Origin: an uncultured virus (IMG/VR IMGVR_UViG_3300015607_000776)
Lineage: Duplodnaviria > Heunggongvirae > Uroviricota > Caudoviricetes
DNA: 64,000 bases
Virus record (IMG/VR): IMGVR_UViG_3300015607_000776
Direction: 5' to 3' (one strand)
Both the position numbers and the translations under genes were made by a program. Every line of letters begins with the position of its first letter. Position 1 is the first letter of the stretch. Shown here piece after piece: positions 24,309 to 35,234 of the stretch. Below the pieces are notes generated by a model. That model made no database searches and had not been told where the DNA came from. It saw only the letters and a list, made by a program, of their open reading frames with translations.

Positions 24309-27300
24309 CTTACCTCACATGCACCAGCATAACATGCCTGAGCACCCATTGTATCAATATCTGTTTCTTTCATTTCATGCAAATGTTCTGATAGGTTAAT
24401 ATCCACAAAGTTGGTTTGAATCTTCATCCACTTGTGTAGAATATAAACGTCCTTCAGGCAATATTCTGTCTTCTTCAGGTCCGAACCAAAGTAATTCAAA
24501 GCAAACTTCTTGAAGCGTCTAATCCACTCAGCACGAATGTCCTTTAGTTCCTGACTTGAGTCATCATCATTAGACTGAGCAATTGCTGTTGCTTCCCAAA
24601 GATTTTTGAATCCCTTTGTTGACTCAACGATCAAACCAGATGCAAAGAAGGCAGCAGGACCCCATTTCTTAGAGATTTCATCTGCACTTAGGACTTCAAT
24701 ATTTGGTGCCTGATAATAATCCTTGTCACCTGTTTCACTGATCATTGACACACCAGTAAAACTGTTCCTGTTGTCAAATAGGTACTTTGATACTGCATCC
24801 CATTCGTTTTCTTTAACTGTAACCGTATTAGATACGTTATGTCTAACTGTTTTGTCAACACACAATTCTTCGTTTGTTCCATGTTCAATCCAATTTTCCT
24901 GAACCAACTTTACTCTTTCAAGGAAGTCAACACCAGTCAATTGAGACTTGACAATAGAGCCTTTTGGTGGAATGATGGGGAATGAAATGATATAGTCTGC
25001 ATTACCTTCCGACCAAACAGATTCTTCCACCATGTATGGGTTCATGGTTCTAATGATAGATGCAACTTCCTGTTGCTTATTGACCTGGATGTTTCTGATA
25101 TATTTTCTGGCATGTTCGGGATGAATACCACTGGCAGTACCAAGTAATACACTGGCATTACCAGCAGGTTTAACACAGGTGGTTCTTGCAGCAGGATTAA
25201 TACCCAGGAGTTTAGCAACCTTCTCATTTGTTTCTCTGACAATCATTGCACCTTTCTTAAGGACTTCTTTGTCGAATAGAATATCAGGACTATTCATCCA
25301 TCCTGTAAGTGATACACCAATCAATGCTTCTCTGTCAAAGATTTCCTTGGTTTCAGGTCCAACAAATTTGAAGTCTGTATATGCTGCCTGTAATGTTGCA
25401 AGTGCAGAAGCACATCGGCAAGCATGGTAGAATTCTTCCGGTGTTGTGCATAGTGCACCATTCATTTCAACAAGATTGCACTGCTTTGTTAAGACATTAT
25501 TAAATACTCCACAATGTTCTTCCTTTTCTTCAAAACAATAAGAAGTTTCTTTACCAGAAAGAGGTATGATAGATTTTATCGTCTGATATTTACCCTTTTT
25601 AGTGAGAACACCAGAAACAATTTCCTTTTTATAAGAATACAAATCTTTAGTTTCTGTAATTTGCAAATACCAAACGTCTCTGTTTCTAACACCAAAATTT
25701 GTTTTTATACCTCTTTTTGATTGTAGATTAACAGAGCTATTAATGCCCATCATAGATAATAATAATTGTGCAGACCTAATATGACCTTCGGTGCCATAAA
25801 TTCTACATCCTGTTTTACCTACACTTCCATCTGTATCAATCCATCCTGCAAAAAAGTTTAGTAGTGATTTTCTACTCCATTGAGAAAACATTTCAGAAGG
25901 TAATTCAGAACCGTACTTTAAATCATAAGCAAATTCCAGGTCCAGATCACCTTTGTTCCAGTAATATGTTTTGACCTTATTACCCTTATATTTGCATACT
26001 CTCTCAGATTGTAATTTACCTGTTACCGGAAAATTCCTATTGAAATAGTGCTCATATACTATTGCTGTAGCAGAGCTCTTGTTCTGACGTACTGTACCAT
26101 CACCAAGAATAAATCCATAATCATAATCATGATCAACATCTTTTCTGTTTTCATCAGACATAATGATATTTGATCTAGGAACATGCATTGTATATTTACC
26201 AACATCATGCAACAAATCGAGAGTAGTCATTTCCTTATACTCTTTATCGAATCTATTTTTCACTAAGAATTTATGATTTTCAGTACAATCAAGATAAGAA
26301 CCATCACCGAAGCTTACTCTATAAAAGTTTCTGTCATACCCAGTAATAAATGGTTTTACTTTTGACCACTTTTTACCATTCCATATTTCAACTTCCTTAT
26401 CAATAACATCTCCGATATTTACTATGCCTGTTTTTGTTAAAAGTTTTGTATCTCCTTTAACACATCCTTGCCATCCAGATACACCCTTCTTTGTCTTAGG
26501 AAGCATACCAATTTCTACACAATTATGCACAATCATTCCATTTGCAGAAAAACAATGGATATTTTCTACTGTGCAGTCATATACAGTTTCGACACCAATA
26601 GATTTAATATTGATTATTTCAGAGATAAACTTATCGCGATAAGCTACCCTTCTACGTGAATTTAACATTTCATTCATTTTTTTATGTTTATTAGGATCAC
26701 AAAACCCCACAATTTCGGCAAATCTATCCATACAATTTCGTGAAATGTGTAATTCATGGATAGGTTTACTGTCATAATTTTCCCACGATTTGTTTGGATG
26801 TCGATCTTTATAAATCGAAGATGCAATACCAATTTTAGATAATAGGATTTGAATCATTTCCAATCTATTTAAATTATTTTGTGTTAATCTAATTGATCGA
26901 CTGTTAGATGATTTGGACCAATTAATTGTACCATCAGAATCAAACAAACCTGAAATAAACCCGGCAATAAATGAATTGGACATTGTGCCAATCATTTCCG
27001 TTTTGATATTTTTTGTACCTGGTTCTAAATATAATGAGCAAAAATCTGTAAATGGTTTGTTTGATATTGTATATGTGTCATTCAATTTATTGAACACTGG
27101 TTTTGCATTTCTGCTAGAATATAATGACGGGAATTTCTCTGCAAATATACTCTCAGCTTTTTTAGACAAAGTTTTTGCTGTATTCCCCCAAAATCTAACC
27201 AATGAATTATATTTCTCAGGATTGTGACAACCATCACCCACAACTTCACCCAATAACCATCCAAGGTCTTTTTCGTCTCTATTAATTTCAATATCCAGAT

Positions 27301-28585
27301 TCAAATTTTCGTTTATGACCATCTTATCACCAATTTTTAGGTCTTTAACTTCTAACCAAACTCTTTCTTTATTTCTTTCAATGAGAATTTTATGATTATC
27401 AGTAGCTTTCACTTTATAACCACGGAAAGTTTCAATTTCAAAAACTTCTTTTTTACCAGTTTTCCAAAAACCTTTCTTAGATTCATACTCCTGACCATCA
27501 ACGATAGCATAGAAAGGAACACCAATCAATTCTTTTACTTGCTTCAACCCCAAATTAGTATCAATCCAACTATCTTCTGTAATACATGGATTGAAGCAAT
27601 GCTCGTATGAACTAACAAAGACAAACCCAGGTTCACCAAATTCTCTTACAACTGCAACAAGTTTCTGGAATTCTTCATAGGTGATTTCATCGCGCTTAAT
27701 AACTGCACTGTTATTTGATCTTGCTCTTTGTGGATTGATCATATTCCAATTGCCAGTCTTGGCCTTGATCATTTCTTCATCGTCTTTGGAGAATAGACAA
27801 ATTGTTGCAGCACGACGGACACCACCAGAAAGGACAGCATCCGCAGTATGGCAACAAATATCATAAGCATCAATGGGTCGAAGAATACCATCCTCGGCAA
27901 TGCTATTCAATAGAGTTTCAATTCTATCCAATGCACGCTTAAGTGGTTCAGCACCTGGTGCCTTGAACCCACCAGATATTGCAGAACCTTTTGGTCTGAT
28001 CTTATGGAATTCAAAGTGAACACGTCTACCTTCATACTCAGGATGAACACCACCTCCAATAAAATAAGAAGACAATAGAACGTTAAGTGCTGTTGCCCAT
28101 CCTTCAATAGTATCATCGATTGTATGAATCTTTGCCTGCTTGGTGCGAGGACGAATCATAGGTAGTTTTGCAATGTGGTGTTTTTGAACTGAATACCCCG
28201 CACCAGCACCACAAAGGAGAATATAGAAATACTCTCCAAAGAAAGCAGGACGATCAAGATGTGAAGAAGTACAATTGTAAATTCTCATATGGTGCTGGAG
28301 TAATTGGTCACCACCAAATTGCAATGATCTTTGTGCACCTAAAATTCTTTTGTTCTTGTATGCATCCTCAATATACTGGAAATATTGATTCAGTTCAGGA
28401 ACCTTTTCCAACTTGTCCTTGAAAAAGGTCTTGTGCATATCCATTACTCTTGCTACTGATTCATCCCACACTTCATATTTGCTGTTGTCTTTATTGTATC
28501 TGCTATAACTCTCAAAGAACTTTGTATTGGATAATAGTGTTCTTGTATCTTGTTCCTCAAGATAGTAATTTTGTGTGGTCGCCAT
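24305..28585 (-). CDS. nrdJ: Class II (AdoCbl) ribonucleotide reductase with two inteins; 743 aa after splicing
   Basis: YNC, GGVRR, NP|CVE, G|CNL, TCVKPAG, C-terminal CxxxxC. Confidence 0.85.
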   Translation of the reverse strand: MATTQNYYLEEQDTRTLLSNTKFFESYSRYNKDNSKYEVWDESVARVMDMHKTFFKDKLEKVPELNQYFQYIEDAYKNKRILGAQRSLQFGGDQLLQHHMRIYNCTSSHLDRPAFFGEYFYILLCGAGAGYSVQKHHIAKLPMIRPRTKQAKIHTIDDTIEGWATALNVLLSSYFIGGGVHPEYEGRRVHFEFHKIRPKGSAISGGFKAPGAEPLKRALDRIETLLNSIAEDGILRPIDAYDICCHTADAVLSGGVRRAATICLFSKDDEEMIKAKTGNWNMINPQRARSNNSAVIKRDEITYEEFQKLVAVVREFGEPGFVFVSSYEHCFNPCITEDSWIDTNLGLKQVKELIGVPFYAIVDGQEYESKKGFWKTGKKEVFEIETFRGYKVKATDNHKILIERNKERVWLEVKDLKIGDKMVINENLNLDIEINRDEKDLGWLLGEVVGDGCHNPEKYNSLVRFWGNTAKTLSKKAESIFAEKFPSLYSSRNAKPVFNKLNDTYTISNKPFTDFCSLYLEPGTKNIKTEMIGTMSNSFIAGFISGLFDSDGTINWSKSSNSRSIRLTQNNLNRLEMIQILLSKIGIASSIYKDRHPNKSWENYDSKPIHELHISRNCMDRFAEIVGFCDPNKHKKMNEMLNSRRRVAYRDKFISEIINIKSIGVETVYDCTVENIHCFSANGMIVHNCVEIGMLPKTKKGVSGWQGCVKGDTKLLTKTGIVNIGDVIDKEVEIWNGKKWSKVKPFITGYDRNFYRVSFGDGSYLDCTENHKFLVKNRFDKEYKEMTTLDLLHDVGKYTMHVPRSNIIMSDENRKDVDHDYDYGFILGDGTVRQNKSSATAIVYEHYFNRNFPVTGKLQSERVCKYKGNKVKTYYWNKGDLDLEFAYDLKYGSELPSEMFSQWSRKSLLNFFAGWIDTDGSVGKTGCRIYGTEGHIRSAQLLLSMMGINSSVNLQSKRGIKTNFGVRNRDVWYLQITETKDLYSYKKEIVSGVLTKKGKYQTIKSIIPLSGKETSYCFEEKEEHCGVFNNVLTKQCNLVEMNGALCTTPEEFYHACRCASALATLQAAYTDFKFVGPETKEIFDREALIGVSLTGWMNSPDILFDKEVLKKGAMIVRETNEKVAKLLGINPAARTTCVKPAGNASVLLGTASGIHPEHARKYIRNIQVNKQQEVASIIRTMNPYMVEESVWSEGNADYIISFPIIPPKGSIVKSQLTGVDFLERVKLVQENWIEHGTNEELCVDKTVRHNVSNTVTVKENEWDAVSKYLFDNRNSFTGVSMISETGDKDYYQAPNIEVLSADEISKKWGPAAFFASGLIVESTKGFKNLWEATAIAQSNDDDSSQELKDIRAEWIRRFKKFALNYFGSDLKKTEYCLKDVYILHKWMKIQTNFVDINLSEHLHEMKETDIDTMGAQACYAGACEVR
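25481..26464 (-). mobile_element. Intein 2 (328 aa, LAGLIDADG, C-terminal Gln)
   Basis: CVKGDT...CTENHKF...GFILGDG...FFAGWIDTDG...TKQ|C. Confidence 0.9.
26522..27586 (-). mobile_element. Intein 1 (355 aa, LAGLIDADG)
   Basis: CITEDS...ATDNHK...LLGEVVGDG...FISGLFDSDG...VHN|C. Confidence 0.9.
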
Positions 28586-28594
28586 TTACTTCTC

Positions 28595-29020
28595 CTACCT
28601 ATTTTTTTCTTGTTCTTTCTCATACCAATCCCTCAAAGCACGAGCATCTGATATTGCATTATGTGGAATCTTGGGGTATAATTTACCCGAATTGATAAGT
28701 TGCAATTTCGGAAATACCTTAAAACAAAATCCATTTGGTCCAACCAAACATTGCAACAAATGCGAAAGGTCTTCGGCCCAATCTGCAACAATTACCTCGT
28801 CTGCATGTTTCATCAAATACTGGACTAGTTTATGCTGAAAATCTCCATATGAAATATAATCAACAAGTATAAGTGGCATAACATGCTCTTTTACCCATGG
28901 ATGAATTTCCTTTGGTGGGTAAATGGCAGCATAAAATTCATGGTCATGCTGGTCTGAACATATGCCCATAGAAAGCAATTGTCCACCAAACCCATTAAAT
29001 TCCGTATCAACAAATAACAT
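28595..29020 (-). CDS. DEDDh 3'-5' exonuclease (Rv2179c-like)
   Basis: FVDTEF, WVKEHVMP, HNAISDA. Confidence 0.8.
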   Translation of the reverse strand: MLFVDTEFNGFGGQLLSMGICSDQHDHEFYAAIYPPKEIHPWVKEHVMPLILVDYISYGDFQHKLVQYLMKHADEVIVADWAEDLSHLLQCLVGPNGFCFKVFPKLQLINSGKLYPKIPHNAISDARALRDWYEKEQEKNR

Positions 29021-29808
29021 TATTTCTTCCTTATCATACTCAAGAATTTATCAACCAGATTATACCGTCTAGTAAATGTATCAGTTACCGGTGTAATCTC
29101 TGTTTGTCTTGCTTCGATTTCCAATTCGGTTGCGATATGACTTGCAAGCAATTCATTTAGAGTTACTTTTTCAATGCTTGCCAAGAATGGGAATTCCACT
29201 ACAAGTATTTCCCAAATTTCCTTTGCAACCTCGATATGTTCTTTCTGTGTACCGTTTGCAGTTCTTAATTGACAATAGTGGATCCATGATCTGAGTGTTC
29301 CAGACATATACAATCTGCTATTGGTACATCCTTCTGGAAGAACGGAACGTGCCTGTTCCTTTGCAACACCATTTTCAAGGGCCCATTTATATGCAAGTTT
29401 GCATTCATGGATAATTTGCTCTTGCTTTGCATTCCATGTTTTCTTTAATTCTTCATCGGATGTTTCGATAGAATTCTGTCTGTTTTTTGTGTCTTGTAAT
29501 CGTGCTTCTCTCACAGTGAAACCTAATTGACTTGGGTCTGCGTATCTCTGAGAGAATTCTTGGAAACTAAAACTTCTATGTCTTAGAATTTGACGTGCAA
29601 TGTCTCTTGTGGTATTAATCTCAAATGTGACGGAGACCATTTCAAACGGACTCCAGTGTTTGTTCCTAATGCAATATGTCAGTAGTTTCTCTGCCGTATC
29701 ATAGTTTTCTTGATTAGCAGGATTACTCACTCTTGCGCAGTAAGCAATTAGGTCTTGTGGTGATTCTCCTGATACAGGATGTGATACTGCAATTAAATAA
29801 GCACTCAT
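29020..29808 (-). CDS. thyX: Flavin-dependent thymidylate synthase
   Basis: HWSPFE, RHRSFSFQEFSQRY, EQAR. Confidence 0.95.
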   Translation of the reverse strand: MSAYLIAVSHPVSGESPQDLIAYCARVSNPANQENYDTAEKLLTYCIRNKHWSPFEMVSVTFEINTTRDIARQILRHRSFSFQEFSQRYADPSQLGFTVREARLQDTKNRQNSIETSDEELKKTWNAKQEQIIHECKLAYKWALENGVAKEQARSVLPEGCTNSRLYMSGTLRSWIHYCQLRTANGTQKEHIEVAKEIWEILVVEFPFLASIEKVTLNELLASHIATELEIEARQTEITPVTDTFTRRYNLVDKFLSMIRKK

Positions 29809-29821
29809 AACAACTTTCCTT

Positions 29822-30394
29822 TCAAATTACAAACAAAACGCAAATCAATGCCAATCCCTGAATAAACCCGTATAGTATTTCCCCGTATCCCCAAAAATTC
29901 ACACTGTCAATATTATATGTGATATAGTAACACAATGGGAATGTCAGTGACAAAAGACAGGCAACAACTGTACCAATTATGGTTGCATGTCCAAATGCTG
30001 CGATTGCAATATATATGGGAGCCCACCACCATAATCCTCTTAATGCCAGTGCAATCTGTGCATATCTGTTAAAATTCTTTGTCTGTGAACAAAGTTTATT
30101 AGCAAGCCAGTGGATACCATTGTTTTTGCCGTCTGTTCTAACAAGTAGAATTTGTGATGGTGTCCAATTGGGATCACCCCAATGCGGTACGCTAATGATC
30201 CACTTACCCCAACCCCAGGACTCACCAGCAATGTATAGACCAACTGTCAATGCTGCAAGGATATAATTCTGTGTGAAGAATGCAATAACAAGACCTGTAA
30301 CGATGCCACCAACGACACCACCAAATCCCAATGATCCTCTTACTCTATTTGTTATTGCATAAATGAGAGGAAGGATGAAAAGTAAGTAGTTCAT
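29822..30394 (-). CDS. Multi-pass membrane protein
   Basis: Several hydrophobic helices. Confidence 0.7.
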   Translation of the reverse strand: MNYLLFILPLIYAITNRVRGSLGFGGVVGGIVTGLVIAFFTQNYILAALTVGLYIAGESWGWGKWIISVPHWGDPNWTPSQILLVRTDGKNNGIHWLANKLCSQTKNFNRYAQIALALRGLWWWAPIYIAIAAFGHATIIGTVVACLLSLTFPLCYYITYNIDSVNFWGYGEILYGFIQGLALICVLFVI

Positions 30395-30395
30395 T

Positions 30396-31409
30396 TTATG
30401 TTTTACTCCATTGTTGAAATTTTAACTCTGCTGCTAGTCCTTCAACTGTATTTTCCTCGATGATATTAGTGATCTGCTTTTCTGTTAGACCAGACTTGAT
30501 CATATCATTAATATCCTTTTCCTTTACACTCTCAGGCCAAATGCAAACTTTATTACCTGCTTTGACGATCTTCTTAATTTCCCTAATGATTTCTGGATTG
30601 CGAGGTTCATTGTCGGGAACAAACAAGTAATCTCTTTCTCCCAATGACTTTTTTACACCAATGAGAGAGGAATCCATAGTTGCTATACAATTAGGTAGAA
30701 ATAAACTATCGATGGGACCTTCTACAACAAGAATTTGTTTTGTCAAGTCCACTCGATCAAGTCCGAAAAGTTTGCTTGCATCATCACAAACCTTCATTGT
30801 TATATATCTAACCTTGGACTCCACCAAGACACGACCCTGGATACCTTGCAAAATTCCCTCTTGATTATAAAAGGGAATTACGAGTCGTGGTTCATCGAGA
30901 ATTTTTTTATCGTGACCCACAAAAAATTTATCCGCAAAATCTCTGAAATTTTCTGCATAATAAAGATCGTGCCAGAATTTCTTTGGGATTTTCCTGGACA
31001 TAACATATTGTCTCGCGATATTATCATCGTCGAGCTCAGAGATTGATTCCAGTGGAAGACTTTTTACCACTGGTGTCTTAATGGTTGGTTTTGGAATCAT
31101 GGGAGGGTCTGGTCTAGGAACATTTGCGTGATTTTGTTCCTTGTACGTGTCCAATCTATATTGTTTGTATAATGAATTATCCATGTGTTTTAGGAAATTA
31201 CCCAAAGACATGGATGCAGAGCAATTGTGACACATGTAATATATTCCGAATTTCTTTCTCAGAAAATATCCACGTGCCTTGCTCTTATTTTTTCTTGAGT
31301 CTCCGCAGATTGGACACCTAAAGTTCCAAACATATTGTTCCCGGTGTGTAAACCTTTCCAATCGCGGAGACACAAGATTAACGTATTTAATATCCACAAA
31401 AAGTGCCAT
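30396..31409 (-). CDS. 61: T4 gp61-type DNA primase
   Basis: NFRCPICGDS, CHNC, VEGPIDSLF, DNEPRN, KDINDM. Confidence 0.95.
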   Translation of the reverse strand: MALFVDIKYVNLVSPRLERFTHREQYVWNFRCPICGDSRKNKSKARGYFLRKKFGIYYMCHNCSASMSLGNFLKHMDNSLYKQYRLDTYKEQNHANVPRPDPPMIPKPTIKTPVVKSLPLESISELDDDNIARQYVMSRKIPKKFWHDLYYAENFRDFADKFFVGHDKKILDEPRLVIPFYNQEGILQGIQGRVLVESKVRYITMKVCDDASKLFGLDRVDLTKQILVVEGPIDSLFLPNCIATMDSSLIGVKKSLGERDYLFVPDNEPRNPEIIREIKKIVKAGNKVCIWPESVKEKDINDMIKSGLTEKQITNIIEENTVEGLAAELKFQQWSKT

Positions 31410-31470
31410 GACAATATATCCAGTTTCATCAATCAGTCATAATACATCAAAATCATCTAGAGGTCAAGTC

Positions 31471-31893
31471 TTATTTGTTTCCCATATTCTCTTTAGGTGT
31501 AGTAAAAAAACCTGAATGATTTTGTTGTTCATATGTTCCTAAAAGACCTTGTTGCTTTAGGAAGTTATAATCAGGGCAGACGAATCCCTGATTCTTCTTT
31601 TGTATCTCATAGCACCAAATTAACTGATCTTTCTTTGTCCAGAAATTTTCCAATAGTCTTTCATTCTGATCCTTAATCATCTTAAGGTCAGAGTCAAATT
31701 TCTGAGTAGTTTCTTTTAACTCTTTTCTGAAATCATCAGTAATCTTATCTTTTTCATCAAAAGCACCTATAATCAACCAGCAGAAAAAAGTTATCACAGA
31801 AATGTTAGTTAATAGTGGAACACTGATATTTCTAATGTCGATGCCACCATAACTCTGGTTTGATTGGTCATTACCAACGTTTCTGTTTGACAT
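31471..31893 (-). CDS. Single-TM membrane protein
   Basis: One TM, coiled coil, Cys pair. Confidence 0.6.
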   Translation of the reverse strand: MSNRNVGNDQSNQSYGGIDIRNISVPLLTNISVITFFCWLIIGAFDEKDKITDDFRKELKETTQKFDSDLKMIKDQNERLLENFWTKKDQLIWCYEIQKKNQGFVCPDYNFLKQQGLLGTYEQQNHSGFFTTPKENMGNK

Positions 31894-31969
31894 GTTATTT
31901 CCCTATGTTACCATGATATATCACAATAACATTGTATCGTCAATCAGTTTTAACTGATGTGGAGGGTAT

Positions 31970-33001
31970 TTATTTCTTCCCGTACCTACAGAAGACCATT
32001 GTCCCAGTTCTTTCGTCTTCTAGGATAATAGCTTCGTCAGGATGTGAATTTGCGAATTCTCTTATAGCGACACCTATTGCATCTTCCCCAAGGTATTTAG
32101 TCCAATGCTTATGTTTAATCTTGTGGTATTTACAATTTTCTACCACATGGGAAGGAACAATAAAGGTTTTCATTCCAGCAAAAGTTCCCTCTCTTAAAGG
32201 AAGACTTTCAATCTTGCGTCTTAGGATACCTTGGCCTTTTGCATTGGCAGCTTTCCATGATGCTCTTGCCTTTGGTGGTACAACTGAACCATCTGTTAGA
32301 CTAGGAACTCCACCACCTGCAACACTATTGGTTGGTGCTTCTTCCTCAAGAGTTGATTTTGCTACAAATCTGCGCCTAGCTTTAGCATATTCTTTCTTAC
32401 GTATTTTACTTTTTTCATTCCGATCAGTTATATTTTTACCTATTTCTCTTTCTTTGGCGCCACTAGTATAATGTTTTTGATCAAATTTTTCAATACTGTC
32501 TTTTGGGTTAACTTTTCTACCATCAGTAGTTGTCATACTGACATGAGGTTTTTGTGACAGTCTATGCCACACTTTCTTTGCACCTGGAGATTGAGTATTA
32601 TCTGATACTAGTTTTTTTACGTGACCAGCAAGTAATAGGTGATGGTAGAAGTCATGCGCCTTTAATGTATTATTTGGATGGCCAGCAAGATGATTAACTG
32701 TTAATTTCTTTTTCTTAGTATCATACTTTCCAGAAACAGAAACATGAGGTTCACCAGTCTCTTTATGCATTGCCAAAAAACTAGCTGAGTGTGTACCACG
32801 ATTATGTTTTATTATTTTCCTATAAATCTTATGGGTGGGAGTTGATCCAATTTCCTTGAACTCACCAAAATTTTTACTTTCAAGTCTCTTAGAAGTCTTA
32901 CCTTTTCGGTAATCTTCCTTGCTACTATGAAGTGAGTTTTCGTCCTTATGATAAAAAGCCATTTCAAATGGGGTTTCTTTAAGTACAAACTTTTTTCTCA
33001 T
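31970..33001 (-). CDS. Probable virion-internal protein with GNAT-like domain
   Basis: LVSDNTQSPGAKKVW motif; LxE sites; EEAPTNS motif. Confidence 0.55.
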   Translation of the reverse strand: MRKKFVLKETPFEMAFYHKDENSLHSSKEDYRKGKTSKRLESKNFGEFKEIGSTPTHKIYRKIIKHNRGTHSASFLAMHKETGEPHVSVSGKYDTKKKKLTVNHLAGHPNNTLKAHDFYHHLLLAGHVKKLVSDNTQSPGAKKVWHRLSQKPHVSMTTTDGRKVNPKDSIEKFDQKHYTSGAKEREIGKNITDRNEKSKIRKKEYAKARRRFVAKSTLEEEAPTNSVAGGGVPSLTDGSVVPPKARASWKAANAKGQGILRRKIESLPLREGTFAGMKTFIVPSHVVENCKYHKIKHKHWTKYLGEDAIGVAIREFANSHPDEAIILEDERTGTMVFCRYGKK

Positions 33002-33086
33002 TTTCTTCTCTTTTCGCTTGACAAAGGGCTTGACAAGTGTTATATAAGCTATGTCCCAGTAAATAATGATACCTTAGCTGGAAGCT

Positions 33087-33473
33087 TTAGATAGCTCTAA
33101 GACGCTTAGCTACAAAGAAATCCATTGTAAGAGAAGAATTCAAGTAATCCTTACCTCGTATTCCTCTAATCAGCTTAGGCATTAAGTTAAGATAGGTTAG
33201 GAATGATTTGAGTAATGGATAGTCTTCCTCATCTATCTTATAAAAAAGTATCCTAGATACTGCTTCTGGACCAAAAACATTACCTAGGACTATGATGTGA
33301 TTCAGTATTAATCTTTCCTTCAAGTCTCCAGTATCTTTATATTTCCTGAATAATCTCTTGATATACTTTATCCTATTGAAGTCTTCATTGAACTCTGAGA
33401 TTATGCAATTTGGAGTTGAGTAGCATTTCAGGGCATATATCATAAAGTTATCATCTGTCAAATCATCAAACAT
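33087..33473 (-). CDS. Conserved T4-like hypothetical protein
   Basis: EF.ED..RIKYIKRL, LKERLILNHII.L.NVFG. Confidence 0.8.
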   Translation of the reverse strand: MFDDLTDDNFMIYALKCYSTPNCIISEFNEDFNRIKYIKRLFRKYKDTGDLKERLILNHIIVLGNVFGPEAVSRILFYKIDEEDYPLLKSFLTYLNLMPKLIRGIRGKDYLNSSLTMDFFVAKRLRAI

Positions 33474-33480
33474 TCATTAA

Positions 33481-34632
33481 CTATTCCCTAAAGAGTTTCT
33501 TGATTCTTCCGAGGAGACTTGGATTTGATTGTCTAATTGTTCCCAAAACATGCATTCTATCATTAAGTTTCTTCTGAGCTTCTTCTGGATATTCTGGATA
33601 ATTGGAAGCATAGTGAGCCTGAGCTGCTCGCTCTGCAGCTGCTAGGTAGGCCTTCTTACCAGTCTTATTATAGGAATCAATATGTTTATCAAATTCACTC
33701 TTAACATCTGGTTCAGGCATATATCTTTTGGTGGGTGTTGGTTTGACTAGTTTGTATTCATGCTTTCCAAGATCAATAGGTCTTGGTGCAACTGTCATCA
33801 CGGGTCTGTGATTGATAGTGGTTTCTTTCTTTGCTTCTTTTGGAAGTCTTCTGATATTGCTTGCCATATTGAAATGAGTTTTCTTTGCATCCTGTAATAC
33901 CTTTTCTGCGTCTTTCTTACTCATTGGTTTTGGTCTTGGCATTTTCACTTTGCGACCCTGCATGGATGCTTCCATACGTCTTGCATCTAGGATTGTTCTG
34001 CGTTCAGCTGGTGTTAGACGTGCTTCAACCAAATCTGGTTTCTTTGCTCGTGCTCTTTGTATAATCTTTCTCAATGCATATGCTCCTGCTATTCCTGCAC
34101 CAACTATTGGATGAGCTGGCCATACTGCTGCTCCTGCACCAGCGGTTGCTGCGATAGTTGCAGCGGATGCAATAGCTCCACCCCACTTGGTCTTTGCACC
34201 AGTAGCATGTTTCAAACCAGATAATATACCTTCACTCAATTCTTCTGGTGATACAATTCTGCACTTTGCAATACACCAACCAGAAACTGTATTCCAGGTA
34301 AATACGATTGTATAAGGACTAGGATCCTTTGTTACAACCTCACCTTGATCATTCATTCCAGATATTTCACCAAACTGTTTCAATACCCAAGAACGTTCAC
34401 CACTGCTACCTTCCATGAAAGGTGTGGCACCAACGTTGATATGATAGTTTGCCAAGACTTTTCTTGCCTTAGTTAATGCGTTGTATGGTGTCAATGATGC
34501 ACTTAATTCATTGGCAAGAGTTTGGTTGATATGATCCCTAACTGCTGGATTATCAATATCAACCAAAAATCTCTTTACTGTAGCTGCCAATACAACTTCT
34601 TCATCTAGAAAAGTCTTGAACGATTTAACCAT
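33481..34632 (-). CDS. Probable internal head protein
   Basis: CTS-like N-terminus MVKSFKTFLDE. Confidence 0.6.
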   Translation of the reverse strand: MVKSFKTFLDEEVVLAATVKRFLVDIDNPAVRDHINQTLANELSASLTPYNALTKARKVLANYHINVGATPFMEGSSGERSWVLKQFGEISGMNDQGEVVTKDPSPYTIVFTWNTVSGWCIAKCRIVSPEELSEGILSGLKHATGAKTKWGGAIASAATIAATAGAGAAVWPAHPIVGAGIAGAYALRKIIQRARAKKPDLVEARLTPAERRTILDARRMEASMQGRKVKMPRPKPMSKKDAEKVLQDAKKTHFNMASNIRRLPKEAKKETTINHRPVMTVAPRPIDLGKHEYKLVKPTPTKRYMPEPDVKSEFDKHIDSYNKTGKKAYLAAAERAAQAHYASNYPEYPEEAQKKLNDRMHVLGTIRQSNPSLLGRIKKLFRE

Positions 34633-34634
34633 TA

Positions 34635-35234
34635 TTATGTTCCTGGAAAGAATACGTTGTCATTATCGTCGTCACCAACCATTGAACCCATTGCTACCAA
34701 TGTTTCATAGTTTGTGCGATCACCTCTACCACCAAGAACAACTGTAAATGTTGCATTGGTAATAGCTTTCGGACCTTCAACTAGAATAGATGTTGAATTT
34801 GAGAATAGTGAACCACCATCATTAACGGTGATGCTATTAATTACGTTCCATGAAGCATTTGTTGAGTATGATTGCATTGTGTTTAATGTATTAGCAATGG
34901 TGAATGAAGCATTTGCTCCAGTTCCATTACCCAATACACTTCCATCTGTGAATCTCAAGTAACCTGCTGCGTTATACCCTGTACCACCAGACCAACCAAT
35001 TGACTTGATAGGTCCTGTTCCAATCTTCTGGCTTACCCAACCAGCATGGACAACTTTCTTTCCATGTCCAGTATTGTTTGCTGCTTCTGTAGCAGAAACA
35101 CCATATACCTGACCGTAGTAGGTATTTCTATTAGCAGCTTCGCCATGAATTGTTGAACTCGATGTGACATTTGTGGTATTAGCAAATACAGGCTTCTGGT
35201 TACCAGATGCAGTATCTATATTTCCCCAAAGCAT
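34635..35234 (-). CDS. Probable virion structural protein
   Basis: LWG.D, HAGWV, GR...ETLVAM motifs. Confidence 0.7.
   Translation of the reverse strand: MLWGNIDTASGNQKPVFANTTNVTSSSTIHGEAANRNTYYGQVYGVSATEAANNTGHGKKVVHAGWVSQKIGTGPIKSIGWSGGTGYNAAGYLRFTDGSVLGNGTGANASFTIANTLNTMQSYSTNASWNVINSITVNDGGSLFSNSTSILVEGPKAITNATFTVVLGGRGDRTNYETLVAMGSMVGDDDNDNVFFPGT

Noticed and set aside
24305..28585. Class I nrdA
   Set aside because: No ATP-cone or adjacent nrdB; motifs fit monomeric class II, although a distant beta subunit cannot be excluded.
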